DNA of 64,000 nt from Callorhinchus milii (Eukaryota). Positions 50,050 to 62,924 of this stretch are shown in pieces. The translations under genes were made by a program, and so were the position numbers. Each line of letters starts with the position of its first letter. Within the stretch, counting starts at the first letter, position 1. Location: assembly GCF_018977255.1 (NCBI RefSeq), contig NW_024704745.1, forward strand, positions 15,314,001 through 15,378,000, given 5' to 3'. The notes under the pieces are model-generated. The model was not told the origin of the DNA and ran no database searches. It saw nothing but the letters and a program-made list of their open reading frames with translations.

Positions 50050-50725
50050 ATGGGGTCCACTTCCATACATATGTGGATGACAGCCAGCCCTACCTTTCTG
50101 CCTCCAATCTTAACTTTGCCACTACTGATGTTCTGATGCCGAGCAAAGTGAGGGGATGGAGAGGTGACCACAGACATAATCAAAGAGGTAGGTTTTAACT
50201 TAAGATTTAAAATCATGTAGAGAGGGGGCAAGACAGATGTGTAGAGGAATTAAATTCCAGAGTTTAGGACCAATGTAGCTGAAGCACTTTGAGACATTCT
50301 TTGTTATGCTGCGCTCATTTTAGACCTGACGTATGTCATTGCATATAGTTCTGGTTGCCATGACATAAAGGAGCTGTCCAGACCATACAGCAATAACAAC
50401 AATATATAGCGCCCTGCACGCAGGGTAGCATTTTGGAGCGCTTGAAAAGATATACCTCAGTGTTATCGGAGTGATCTAGCAGCAATGATTAGATGATAAA
50501 GGGCTATTCAGCTATGACATTTTTTACAGAGGGAGCTTTATATTCTAAATGGGATTAAGAAAATAAATCCAAAACAATACATTCAGAATGCCAAGGTAGC
50601 AGAGCACGAGGGCACAGGTTCAGAGTTGCAAAGCTCAATTCCAGGCCAGACACCAACAAGTATTCCTTTACAGCAAGGGTAATGAATCACCAGAACAGTT
50701 TACTAGGATGGGTTGTTGAGGCCAC

Positions 50726-51053
50726 AATAATAATAATAATAATTCTTGCATTTGATATAGCGCTTTCCACGTCGGGAGGACGTCCCAAAGCGCTTCACAG
50801 AACACACTGTAAAGTGAATTGACTGTATATTTATGGGCGAACGCGGCAGCCAATTGTGCACAGCAATGTCCCACAAACAGTCTTAGATTGAAAATGACCA
50901 ATTTATTATTGTTTTTGGTTTTGGAGGGATTATTATTAGGCTCTGTGTGGAGTAAGGAAACTTGCCCAAGGTTTCGCCCTGACCTGCCTGGAATTGAACT
51001 CAGGTCTCTCGCTTGCAAAGCGAGTGCTCTAACCACTGAGCTACAGGACTCCA
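50726..51053 (-). mobile_element. Full-length SINE inserted into a CR1 3' fragment; apparent TSD CCACAAT
   Basis: CCACAAT occurs at both ends (50722-50728 and 51051-51057); the flanks read as a continuous CR1-like 3' end. Confidence 0.88.
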
Positions 51054-52964
51054 CAATGCTGGACTCCTTTGAGAAGCAGCTTAAAGATGTAATGGGAAGA
51101 TGCTAGGGTGTTCTGGAATGATAAGATCAAATGGACTGAAAGGTCTTTTTCATCCGAACCTCTTGTAGTATATTGTGAACTCATTATTGTGTGAATCATT
51201 TTGATATGATAAGCTATATTAATACTATATTTATTTTATATGAGAGAAAGTCTACTCTGAAAGTAGATGTGCATAATTTTTAATCTAATTAACAATCAAG
51301 TTAACAAGCACACTGTACCGAATACCATATGCACGAGTCACTAAAGAAATTAATCACAAAATATTAAGATGGATTCCATCTAACTTGGAACATGTCTTAC
51401 TTTCCTGAGAAGGGCTGAGTCACTGTAACCTTGCAATAATTGAAATCTGAAACTCATTTGCCAATTACTTATTCTATTCGCATGTAGAATACATTATTTA
51501 TAGTTACTTTGTGCTAAAGCAGCTTCTCACTGAAGTGCTCCAGTTCCTTCCTGACTTTCCCAATAGGCTAGAGTCTTGACATACTTCTTCCCTTGGGAGT
51601 GTTGAGTTCATAAACACAGCCAACGATAATACAGCATTTATCACTAGTGTAATTTTTCCTCAGATATGTCAACTGTGGTTAGAACCGTTCTATACCACTA
51701 TTGGACACTCTGAAATGTTGCACTTCAATCTGATTCGCCTGGATGATGGGTGGGAAGTCCAGCTCCACAGCCCAGTTATAACAAGGGTTTCCTTGGCTTA
51801 TCTGTGACTGGATGGTTTGTGCTGTGGAAATCCATTCAAACTCAAGATCTCAATTCTAGCCCAGGAGCTTGTCACCAGTTTTGGAAAATGGCTTCACATT
51901 AATACAAACTGCTGAATAACTGATTTCCTTACAAATAGAAAATGTTAGAACATTTATCATGTGAAATTTTGGAAGATATTTTTCTTTCCTGGCTGTTTGT
52001 CGGACATTGCTCTGCACAATTGGCTGCCAGGTTTGAACCATTTTGAATTGTTCTCCCAACGATATCATCTCTCAACGTGAAGGCTCTATATCAAATACAA
52101 GAATTATTATTATAAAAACTGTATTTCCCAATTTTTGTCTTTGCACCAATACTCCCACTGGCGATATTTATCTTGGAGACTGAGAGAAAGTGAAGGATGT
52201 TGGAAGGGGGAGTGAAAGGAGACCCACCAAACAAAACATACTCAAGTAATAACATTGAGGTCAAATATAGGACTAAAAAGTGAGAATTAAGATGAAAATA
52301 GAGAATAGGGAATGTAGGTCAACAGGAACACAGCCCCCAGCTCAGGTCCAAATCCCTGATTGTCCAGCGCCTTGGGATGTCCACACGATACAAAAGGCAC
52401 TTTACAAGTCTAATTTGTTGTTGTTGTTGTACACAATGGATCAATATGGAAACTGCTTCATTGTTCGATTACTTCTTTGGTGGTTTTACACTCATGCACA
52501 TTGGCAGATGGCAGAGTGATTTGATTATGAAATAATGGAGCTGATAAAGAAAGGATTGAACCGTTCTGAATGTTTTCATTGCACCTCTACCCCTGAAACC
52601 CACTACAGTACAAACAAAAAGAAAAAAGAGGATTTTTTTTAGTGTAGATGAGGAAAGTATTTTACACTGAAAATCTTCTTTCCCTACCTTATCCTCTCAT
52701 TTAAGGGCAAATTAAATTCAACCTATTAATAGCAGCTAACACTGAGTTGTATGAAAAAAGGAATGAGCTGTGTGATCGTGTTGAGCTCTGCTCCTGAGAC
52801 CAACTGGAAGACAGGGTTAAGAAACAGCGCTATTCACATTAACCGCAGTATAAATACAATGGGAGTGAATCAAACGGGGCACACTGCCCCATGATCATGT
52901 TAAAGCTTGTGGACAGTCCATTGAGCTTCCCTCAATCTTTCCTTCTTATTATTAAAGAGCCAAT

Positions 52965-53492
52965 TAATAATAATCATAATTCTTTAATATAGTACCTTAT
53001 CATGTCACTGAAACATCTCAAAGCACCTCACAAAATATACTGTAAAGTGAATTGACTATAGTTTGTGGGCAAAATGCGGCAGACAATTGCGCACAGCAGT
53101 GTCCCACAAACAGTCGTGGATTGAATGACCAATTTTTTTAAAAAAGGGATTGTTACCTGAAAAGTGATTGGCCAATCGACTAACAACTGGGTTCCTACTT
53201 ACTTACTGCTAGGTAAACAGAGTTGAGTGGAGTAAGGTTTCACCCTACCCAGGAATCAAACCTGAGTACTCTTGTTTGCAAGGCAAGTGCTCTAACCAAT
53301 AAGCTACAGGACTCCATTGGTGGATTAAGAGATTATTATCCCCGAAAACCAATCCACAAGTGGACTACTGCTAGTTAAACAGAGCCGTATAGAGGAACAA
53401 AACTTGCTTAAATTTCCACCTTCCCCAGAATTGAACCCAGATCCTCTTGCTTGTGAGGCGAGTGTTTTAACCAATATGCTACAGGACTCCAA
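52965..53492 (-). mobile_element. Two adjacent SINE copies (52965-53316 and ~53330-53492)
   Basis: Both end in the GCTACAGGACTCCA head sequence. Confidence 0.8.
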
Positions 53493-54353
53493 GTGCAGAA
53501 TTGGTTTTCCAGTAACATTAAAGAAAGCATTTTAAAGTGTTCTACCTTTTAAGGATGGACAGAACTCCAAAACCGGTTAGGTTTTTTTGTGTGCCATGGA
53601 AACATAAACCAGGCTTTGTATTTCTAGACTGGGAGTAAAGCTACTTCACTCTCAGCAGCACAAAGATAGAATAAAACGCCATTGGAGAAGGCCTGCAGTC
53701 TGCTGAGAGAAATCTATTTATCAGTGCTGTAAACTCAATGATTTAGGAGTCTGTTTTAGGTCACTGAGGCAGTGGCACGGTATGTTTCTATAGTGTGATC
53801 CCTACATATGGATGCTTGAATTTCTGCACACTCCCCTCCCTGATTTCTCTTGAGTTTAATGTCACTTGATAATTGCATCACCAGATTGATCTATATAACA
53901 AAGTTTCATTCTAATTACAATAAGCATATGAATAAAAGCTTTTCTTTTTAAAAGTTGGTCTATAAAGTTGGGAACGCCCCAAAGTGGCCCCACTCTGGAG
54001 AAAATCTTTAACTTCATGAGTAAAACACCAAGGTCACATTACCCCCTTTTCCCTTGTTAGAAATATAGAAAGATCCAGACCAGGTATGCGGTCTGGACTA
54101 TAAAGTGTATTTGGTTTTGGCAGCGATTCTGGTTACCCGCAAGACTGCAGCTGAACATGCCAGGAACTGACTGAATTCTCAGCTGGGTGCCATGAGATCT
54201 CTCACAGATTAAAAAACATGACGATTTTCTACAGAAACAATAAGAACCATATGACTGAGAACTAAGTGCTTCATCAATACAATCCTGGTGGGTACTCCGC
54301 AGTTCTGTCTTGACTCGATGTTCATGTTATCTGTTATTCAAAAATGCTCTTTA

Positions 54354-54703
54354 TAATAAAAATCCTTGCATTTGATATAGCACCTTATCACGTCTTTGAG
54401 ACGTCTCAAAGCGTTTCACAGAATATATTGTGAAGTGAATTGACTGTATATTTTGTGGGCGGGTCGTGGCAGCCAATTCAGTACAGCAGTGTCCAGCAAA
54501 CAGTCATGGATTGAATTAACAAATTATTATTTTAAATTTTTATGATCCGCTAATCAACTAATAAGCGGCTTCCTACTTACTGCTAGGTAAACAGAGGCGT
54601 GTGGAGTAAGGAAACTTGCCAAACCTTTCGCTCTGCCCGAGAATCGAACCCAGGTGTTTCGCTTGCGAGACGAGTGCTCTAACCACTAAGCTACAGGACT
54701 CCA
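54354..54703 (-). mobile_element. Full-length tRNA-derived SINE
   Basis: Head, central domain and tail all present. Confidence 0.88.
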
Positions 54704-54889
54704 CAAATAGTTGCGGATAAAGTGACCAAATTATAGGAATGATACCACACAATTTATGGATAACAAAGAGACGTTCTGATATTTCACACACAAGTAAGGC
54801 CAAAACCTGAAAATTATTGATCAATTAGCTTAACGTCACAATGAGAAAAATGTTCAAGAGCATTTAATTGATTGTTTGAGGTTAATTTG

Positions 54890-55260
54890 CTTGAATTTTC
54901 AGGAAGATTTTGAAAAGGTTCCATGAGGTTAGTGCTCATAGAATTAATAGCAAGTGAGCCAGTGGACTCAAAAAACTAAGCAATAGGAAGTAGAAGGGGT
55001 CAATAATTAGAAAAAAACATTTGGTCACCTGACTGGGGTTTAACAACGAATACAGTTCTGCAGGAATCTGTTTGGGGCCCTTTGCTTTTTATGCTGTGAG
55101 TAATGTGAGAGAATATATATTGTATTATTCTACAATTTGTTGCTGACACTAAGCTATGCAGCGAGGTAGAAAATATAAGGGAGATCAGTACCGTTCATAG
55201 AGAGCTGGACCATTTAAGTGGACAGGCTAAGGACTAGCTCATGGATTTTAATAAATAAAC
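54890..55260 (+). mobile_element. Decayed CR1-like RT fragment
   Basis: GGAATCTGTTTGGGGCCCTTTGCTTTTT (SVLGPLLF-like) and TTTGTTGCTGACACTAAGCT (FADDTKL-like). Confidence 0.6.
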
Positions 55261-56779
55261 AAGTTTAATACAATAAGTTTAATTAATAAAAGGATATATG
55301 ACACATAAAGGGTATTCATTAGTAAAGATTAGTACAGGAAAAAGGATCTAGACTCAGGATTTAGGATATATCTCAAGGCATTTGAACTTTCTTTTGGAAT
55401 ATCAGTGAGGATATTAAAAAATGTTTAACTAATGTTCACCAATAAATACCCATGTTTTGGAGAAAATGTTGATTGGTGGTAATTGGTTTTCATTCAAATC
55501 TCATTAAAAATTTAATTTGCCGCTTATTTGGCAACCATGATGATATGCATTTCCAAACTCACCTGCTCTCTACACTGGCAGTTCTGGGAATGAACCTCAC
55601 ATTATAATACATTCCTATAATATGCAGTGCATCAAAAAGGGTTTGGGGATGCACAAATCACATGAGATCATGTGTACATTCTTAGCACAAAAAAATTGAT
55701 TGGACTTGTTGCTTCGATTTGCGAAGGTACAATTTTTAAAAATAATAATAAAGTTAATGTTTTGTTCGGCATTAATTTGTTGAGTTTTTTTTGATGTTCC
55801 AAAACAAAACCTGATTTTCACTGAATTTATAGTGGAGGTTTTATGTCATCGACACTGAAAACAACATGCCTGGGTTTTTATATTACGGACTTGAATAGTC
55901 TTTAAATAGTCATATTTTAATAGTCCTTTAATTTCACATTTTAGCATTCTAGAAGAAAATAGACGAACAAAATAGACTTACTGAAATTGTTTTTAATGGA
56001 AAAAAAACATTTAATGGGTATCCAGATCAATGTTCTTTTTATTGCTGAGAGACATAGATAGTGTAGACATAATCAGACTATTTAACTTGGATCATGTGCA
56101 GATTTTGAGAATTCTATATACAAAATTCACAAATCCAAAGTGAGAAAAAAGATTAGAAGAAACCTTGAAGTTGATCTGCTGAGGTACAACGGAGCCTAGA
56201 AAGGATAGGGTTATCAGGTGTGCAGAGCCTGGTGCAGGAGAGAACATTGTGTACAGAGGTTTGGCTGAATTGGAGCTTATGGAGGGTGAAGCTGGGGAGA
56301 ATGGTAGGAGAGAATTGCAGAAATCTAGCCTCAAAATGCTGAAAGCCAAAAAACGTAATCCTTGTAATCCTTTGATGTTATCCTTTCCTGCCATTGTGAA
56401 GCAGAATTCATCAAGCGTTGGATTGTTTGCCCTCTAATAGGGAATGTGATCTGGGGAAAAGGTGGGAATAAGAGTTTAAAAAAATTAACACCATCTAATA
56501 AAATAATATTTTATATTTTGTGCATATTTTTGGACAAAACACAGCAGCCAATTGCACACAGCCATGTCACACAAACACTCATGGATTGAGTGACCAATTT
56601 ATTATTCTTTTTCTTTCGCAGGAATTATTACCCCCAGAAAAGCGATCCACCAATCAACTAATCGCTGGGTTCCTACTTACTGTTAGGTAAACAGAGGTGT
56701 GTGGAGTAAGGAAACTTGGCCAACATTTCGCCCTGCCGGGAATTGAACTTGAATCGAACCCAAACAGCCAACTTGAATT

Positions 56780-57570
56780 AAAGGGGACAGACAAGGTCTC
56801 ACTGAGTGAGCTCAATAGAATTTGCAACTGGCTTGATCCCTGACAAATGAAATTCAGTCCAAATAAATATGTGGTACTGCATTTGGGAAATAAAAATTGA
56901 AGACACATGTATTCTATGGACAGGATAGAATTTGCCAATGGAAAAGTTGAAAGAGACTTAGCGGTGTTAGTTGACCCATTGCTCACATGTCAAAATAGTG
57001 TGAGGCAGTTATTAATAGGCACATATAAATGCTGTTGGGCTTCATTGTCAAATCAGTTGAGTTCAGATCCTAGTTATCCTCAAAATGTTCATTGTTCTTG
57101 TCAGGCCATACCTGGAGTATGATGTATAGGATTGGTCACAACAATGTAAAGGCTTGGAGGCAGTACAGAAGAGAGCAAAACAGATGAACCCTAGTGTTAG
57201 AGATAAGATTTGAGGAACAATTAGATGAACTAGGGCACTTCGGCCTTGAAAATAGTTATCTAAAAGTGATGCTTATACAGGTATATACAATGGTTGAGGA
57301 AGTAATCCCAGAATATTATTCTCAGATACCCCAAGGAAGCAGGACCAGCTGGCATAGGTTGTGAGAGCAATTTCTGGCAGACACACACAACTATCTCATT
57401 CGAAAGAAGGTAATTAATGCCTAGAATAACTTACTAGAAAAGGTTATTGTGGCAGGACTGAACTAAATTAAGAAACACCTTATTGCTATAATGAAAAGAT
57501 GGTAGGATGGATACGTATTGTGGAAGATAAGATCAAATGGGCTGAAGGACCTTCTTTATCTAAACCTTTT
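56780..57570 (+). mobile_element. Decayed CR1 LINE 3' region
   Basis: Remnants QMKFSPNKYVVLHLGNKN, ERDLAVLVD, VRPYLEY, LEAVQKRA. Confidence 0.75.
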
Positions 57571-57671
57571 GTTTGTTTATTTAGTGTTGTTTATTAAAAT
57601 CTCCATTTCTGACTTCCATCTAAAATTGCCGTTATAATCTAATAGAACGTAGCTGTATGAGCTGAATTAAA

Positions 57672-58065
57672 GTGGAGTCCTGTAGTTTATTGGTTAGAGT
57701 ACTCACCTCGCAAGTGAGAGGACCTGGGTTCAATTCCCAGGCAGGGCGAAACCCTAGGCAAGATTCCTTACTCCACACACTGCTGTTTATCCAGCAACAA
57801 GTAGGAACCCAATTGCTAGTCAATTGGCCCATCTTTCTCTGAGAGTAGTAATCCCTTCAAAATAAATTTAAAAATAAATAATAATAATTTGGTCACTCAA
57901 TCCACAACTGATTGTGAGTTGCTGCTGTGCACAATTGGCTGCCGCATTTCGGCCACAAAATATACAGTCAATTCATTTTACAGTATATTCTGCAAAGCGC
58001 TTTGAGACATTTGACGATGTAATAATGCAATTCAATGCTATATCAAATACAAGAATTATTATTAT
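57672..58065 (+). mobile_element. Full-length tRNA-derived SINE
   Basis: TGGAGTCCTGTAGTTTATTGGTTAGAG...GGGTTCAATTCCC head and (TAT)n tail. Confidence 0.85.
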
Positions 58066-60824
58066 TTTATTATCTTTGATCGCTACGAGATCGTGTGTGA
58101 TATCACTGAAGACACAACAGGAACACACATACATTACCTTCTTGATTGAGAACAGAACTTTTTTTTAGAGATTGTTAAAACGATATTGTGTACGATCCCT
58201 TTGTCATCCTGTCATTCTGAATCAGCTTCATGCTCACCAGACTAATATATGGAAACATTTAAATACATGTGCCATACGGTCACAAAGTGCCTGGAAATGG
58301 AAAGAATTGAAAACAATCTGAATCCAGCTCCAATTTTCTTTTCCATTTTCGGAGATCATCAAAGTTGAAAAACAAACAAAATCGTAGGTTTATCAGAATT
58401 ACTTTTAGAAGTTAAAGAAGTAAAGCAAGTGGTTTATGAATAGTTGTTTATGAATAATGTGAATATTTGTTCAGTATTACACCAGAATACATTTATTCCA
58501 AGCGGCAGATTAGGACATTGCTTAAAGTTCTTATAATTGATATCATATCTTGATCATCCACATAATTTAGGCTATTAGCGAATGGTTTGATGAGTGTTAA
58601 ATTGAACAGATTCTGGGTTTCATTAGGCTTCACAATTTCACAGCAAAACACTTTGCAAAGAAAAGGCGTCAGCAAATGCGGAACAGGTACTATTTATAAT
58701 GTATATCTATATTTAACAAGTATTCAAATATGGTACTTTCCAGAATGTTGCAGATACACATATATATATATATGTATGCAACACTCTGGAAACACTCACA
58801 TATGTATGTCATCTACACACACTGTCCAGGGAATGAGTGTGCATTCCAGGCAATGGGAAATTTACATGTGTAGGTGGCAAACATATGTGAAATTCTGTCT
58901 GTTTAGATACGTAGTGATTGTTTTACGCCTGCTACAGAAAGACAGAACAATCAGGCACTCGCCATGTTTTCTATAGTCATGGAAGAAAGATTCAACATTC
59001 TATTGTCCTGATCCTGTCAGGGCAGGAAAGGTGGTGTATCCCACCTTAGGATAATTCTTACAATTGATATACATCACATCACATTATTAGAACATCCCAA
59101 ATGACTTCAGAGGATATACTGTAAAGTGGAGTGACTGTGTGTTTTGTGGACACACAGCTGCCAATTTGCACACAATAATGTCCCACAAACAGCCATGGAG
59201 TGAATGATCAATTTAACTCGGGGCGGGGCTGCTGGTCAGGACACTGGGAGAAATTCCCTTCTCTTTTCGAATAGTGCCATGGAGTCTTTAACGTCCACGT
59301 GAACATGCAAACAGGGCCTTGCTTTAAAATCCAAAGGATGGGATGTACAGATGATTTTGGCATGCTGTGTACTGCATAACATTGCCATGGAGAAGGTTTC
59401 CAATTAACAAGGCAATGCCAATCTTCATGTAACTCTCAGAGAAAACAACTAGGAATATCCCCAGAGCCTAAGCAGGATGTGGAAGCAACTTCAATGAGTG
59501 CAGCTGCTTCCTGATGCCATTTGATTTGTTTTCACTTTAATGGCCTTTATATCACTAGATATTCAGATTTTTGCTGTGGTACTTTCTTATCTATTTGATT
59601 TTAAATGGCTGTACCCTCTCTCTGCTTTCAAAAACACTTCTGAAAACCCATGGTACTTCTTTGACTGTGTCTTCAGTCATCTCTCTTCCACCCCCTATCC
59701 CCACCCTATACAGGTTCCCACTCCATCTCTGTAAAGCAGTTTGAGACTTTTAGCTATGTAAAATGCACTATATAAGTACAAATTGTTGTCCTGACAATCA
59801 GCATTTCAATTTTAAAGTCAATAAGGCAGCTTTATCACGTGTTTGGCATCTTTACAGATATTTCCCTTTTGTGAAACTGCAGTCTCAAACTGCAGTAAAC
59901 TTAATGATGGGAAACTTATTACTATTATTTCATGGACAACATAAATCTATGAAAAGATACTAACATTGATGGATGCAGCTGCAGCATCATTACAATTTAC
60001 TACTGTAAGCACTGCATATTCCAGGTCAATAACAGTTCATTTAACCACAACATATATATAGTTGATGCTTTGTATGATTCTAATATTTGCCCCCATGAGC
60101 ATAATTTGTATTTGTTTCAAATATATCAGGCTAAAAATTGCCAATACTAATCCTGGGTGCATAGCAGTACATGAAATAGCTTACTCCAGTTTGACGCATA
60201 ACATACTTAAGACATATCAGTTCAGATCCACAAGTCAAGATCTATACATTATAGCCCGAATACCTAAATAGGTTATATATCAGCCATAGAAGTCCTTTTC
60301 TATTTGTGCTGCAAATGCTTACTGACTTAATGTGATCTGTAACATTTATGTCTGCATATTCCTAACCTGGATGTGGAAGCACTGGACCATAGTGAAAAGG
60401 GTCCTCCTCTTCTACCTTTCACATTGTCCGGAGGAGTCTGACCTGCTGAGTGCAGAGTTTTGTGACAGTTCTGAATGAGTAATGCTGCTTGTAAATCAGA
60501 CAGCCTAGGAACATTACTTTGACCTGCCAACTCTTCCTGATGTGGTGCTGCTGCCATTTTATTGGCTGCCTTGGGTACTCTGTGAAAATGCAAGGCCATT
60601 TTCATTCCAATGTTTAGCTCACTAATGCCCATTATAGTCTCTGGGGTGAAAATATTTATTATTCTGTCTTTGTATTGTATGGGGAGGGAGCAGCTGCACC
60701 TGACGCCCTCCTCTGAGCATAACGGGATAGTCGTTTAGGTAAACATATAAAAGCATGCAGTTAGAAATGCACTGTAAGCTTCCCACGACCGTTATCAGTG
60801 GTGCTCTCTTCCAACACTATAAGG

Positions 60825-61320
60825 TCTCAAGCTTGGCTCAGTTGTCAGCACTGTCACCTCTGAGACAGAAGGTCATTAGTTCAAGTCCTATGTCAGAACT
60901 TTTGAATTAATGTAGTCCAGACTGACGCTCCCGTGCAATGCTGGGCTGTGCTGCATTAATAAACATTGGAAGAAAATGTGTAGTACACTGAAAGGTAAAA
61001 TGTTCACTCATATATATGGCTGTGCCAGCCTTCAGATGAGATGTTAAACTGAGCTCCCGTTTGCCTATTCAGATGGACGTTAAAGATTTCATTAAACACT
61101 TTGAAAAAAGGCAGTTTCTCCCACTGTGCAAGCCAACAATCCCCCAAATAAAACTGGTCACTCACTTCATGGCAGTTGGTGGAACATTGCTGTGCACAAA
61201 TTGGCTGCCTCATTTGCCTACAAAATACACAGTTATTACACTTTACAGTGTATCCTGTGAAGCAGTCTGAGTCAGTCTGAGTCCAGACCTGAAAGACATT
61301 ATATCAAATGTAACTTTTTT
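60825..61320 (+). mobile_element. Older Deu-domain-type SINE (similar copy at ~63560-63885)
   Basis: tRNA-like head; GATGAGATGTTAAAC and TTGCTGTGCACAAATTGGCTGCC core motifs. Confidence 0.65.
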
Positions 61321-62196
61321 TATTATTTAATATTCTACATGTTGGTATGATATATGAGTGAACAATTTACCTTTCAGTGTACTATTTTCTGCCAATGTTT
61401 CAGTATTGATTTTGCAGTTTTTAGTTATTTCTAACAGTTAAAATAAGTAAGCTGTAAACTCTTAAATAAAATTGGACTGAGCAGCAGAACCTGTGGTTTT
61501 GCTATTACAATAGTGGCAGCAATGCGAGTACATCCTATTGGTGAGCTGAGCCAAGAGCTATAGATATAGAGGATGGAGCCAAAAGAAAGACAGTGCCAAG
61601 AGATCATAAGGATTGAGCTGGCAAGCAGTGAGACAAGAGCAGGAAGATTTCATTGATAGAGCCATGAGATCATGAAGGATAGAACTGGCAAGTAGTCAGA
61701 ACAGCGCTGGGAGACTGCAAGGATAAAGCTGAAAGATGGAGGAAGAGAAAGACTGAACTGTAAAATCAACTTGAGATAGTAAAATGGAAAGGCATCAACT
61801 AAGAGAGAAACCGTTTTCAATGAAAGAAAAATAGGATTAATGGTAAAATGAATGCAAATCAGATGGGAAATAAGTGAGTGAAACAAAAAGAATGAAGGCG
61901 TTTCAATTTTAAAATGGTTTATAGATTCCCAAGTGACTTAGTGGGTATTGACGTCAGCTGGTGCAACACTAGGCTTTACAGAATTTTGTAGGTTTAAGTC
62001 CTTTTCTGTGCTGACTTGGCTAATCTGAGTCAGTGCAGCAATTGGGTGCTATAATTGGCTTTCGTGTCCAGGGGGAAATCAGCCAGCGCTTTATTCAATA
62101 CTGCTAACCAATAACCCATGGTAGAATTTTATTTTGGTCAGCTGAGGGTCCTACACATGTGGAAACCTCTCAGAAAGCTGCTGAGCATCTTTAGTA

Positions 62197-62368
62197 CAGT
62201 GAAATTCTGTTCATCCAATACTGAATTTAACAGCATACGTTATTCAATAAACCAACAATTCACATAACTGGAATAAACATAATAGGAAATTTGTCTTCTG
62301 GAGCTCTAAATTCTATTTAATAATTGAACTATTCAATTATCTGATATTCGATTAACCAAATTTCACTG
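62197..62368. mobile_element. Tc1/mariner (Tigger/pogo-like) MITE, 172 bp
   Basis: TA|CAGTGAAATT...AATTTCACTG|TA: terminal inverted repeats starting CAGT with TA duplication. Confidence 0.65.
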
Positions 62369-62606
62369 TATTTGCTGAAGCACTGATATACTTGTTCTTT
62401 TTTTCACACTTTAAAGGGGCATTCCCTTTTTTAACAGATGAATCAGTTTTCTCTTAATCTCTCACCAAGCCTCGCCTGTCCCCTTTTTCTATATATCCAT
62501 GACATCAATAGTTGTTATGTTTATTAATCCACACCAAACAAACTGTTAGCATTGTACAAATTGAAGTTTTATTTGTTCTTTGCTTCCTTACAGGACAACA
62601 TTTGCA

Positions 62607-62924
62607 TGGAGTCCTGTAGCTCAGTGGTTAGAGCACTCGCTTTGCAAGCGAGAGACCTGAGTTCAATTCCAGGCAGGGCGAAACCTTGGGCAAGTTTCCT
62701 TACGCCACACGCCTAACAATAATCCCTCCAAAAACCAAAAACAATAATAAATTGGTCATTTTCAAACTACGACTGTTTGTGGGACATTGGTGTGTGCAAT
62801 TGGCTGCTGTGTTCGCCCACAAATATACAGTCAATTCACTTTACAGTGTGTTCTGTGAAGCGCTTTGGGACGTCCTCCCGATGTGAAAAGCGCTATATCA
62901 AATGCAAGGATTATTATTATTATT
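62607..62924 (+). mobile_element. Full-length tRNA(Ala-like)-derived SINE with Deu-like core and L2-like (TAT)n tail
   Basis: A box TAGCTCAGTGG, stem CTCGC-TTTGCAA-GCGAG, B box GAGTTCAATTCC, core GTGTGCAATTGGCTGCTGTGTT. The 3' end GCGCTTTGGGACGTCCTCCCGATGTGAAAAGCGCTATA is shared with the local L2 LINE. Confidence 0.93.

Larger units (their letters stand above)
48985..50140 (+). mobile_element. Old L2 RT fragment interrupted by two SINEs
   Basis: The flanks rejoin to match the RT fragment at 4381-4500 (CCCCTTGGTGACATCATCCTCA|GACATGGGGTCCACTTCCATACATATGTGGATGAC). Confidence 0.7.

Noticed and set aside
47730-61886. Assorted short ORFs (47730, 58587, 60327, 61650 etc.) as exons
   Set aside because: No recognisable protein similarity or consistent splice pattern; many overlap repeats. 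Small exons or conserved non-coding elements could still be hidden here and would need alignment to detect.
62607-62680. tRNA-Ala(TGC) gene (and similar heads at 45650, 49677, 51053, 54703, 57672)
   Set aside because: These are SINE heads: the acceptor stem does not close and each continues into the SINE body and tail.
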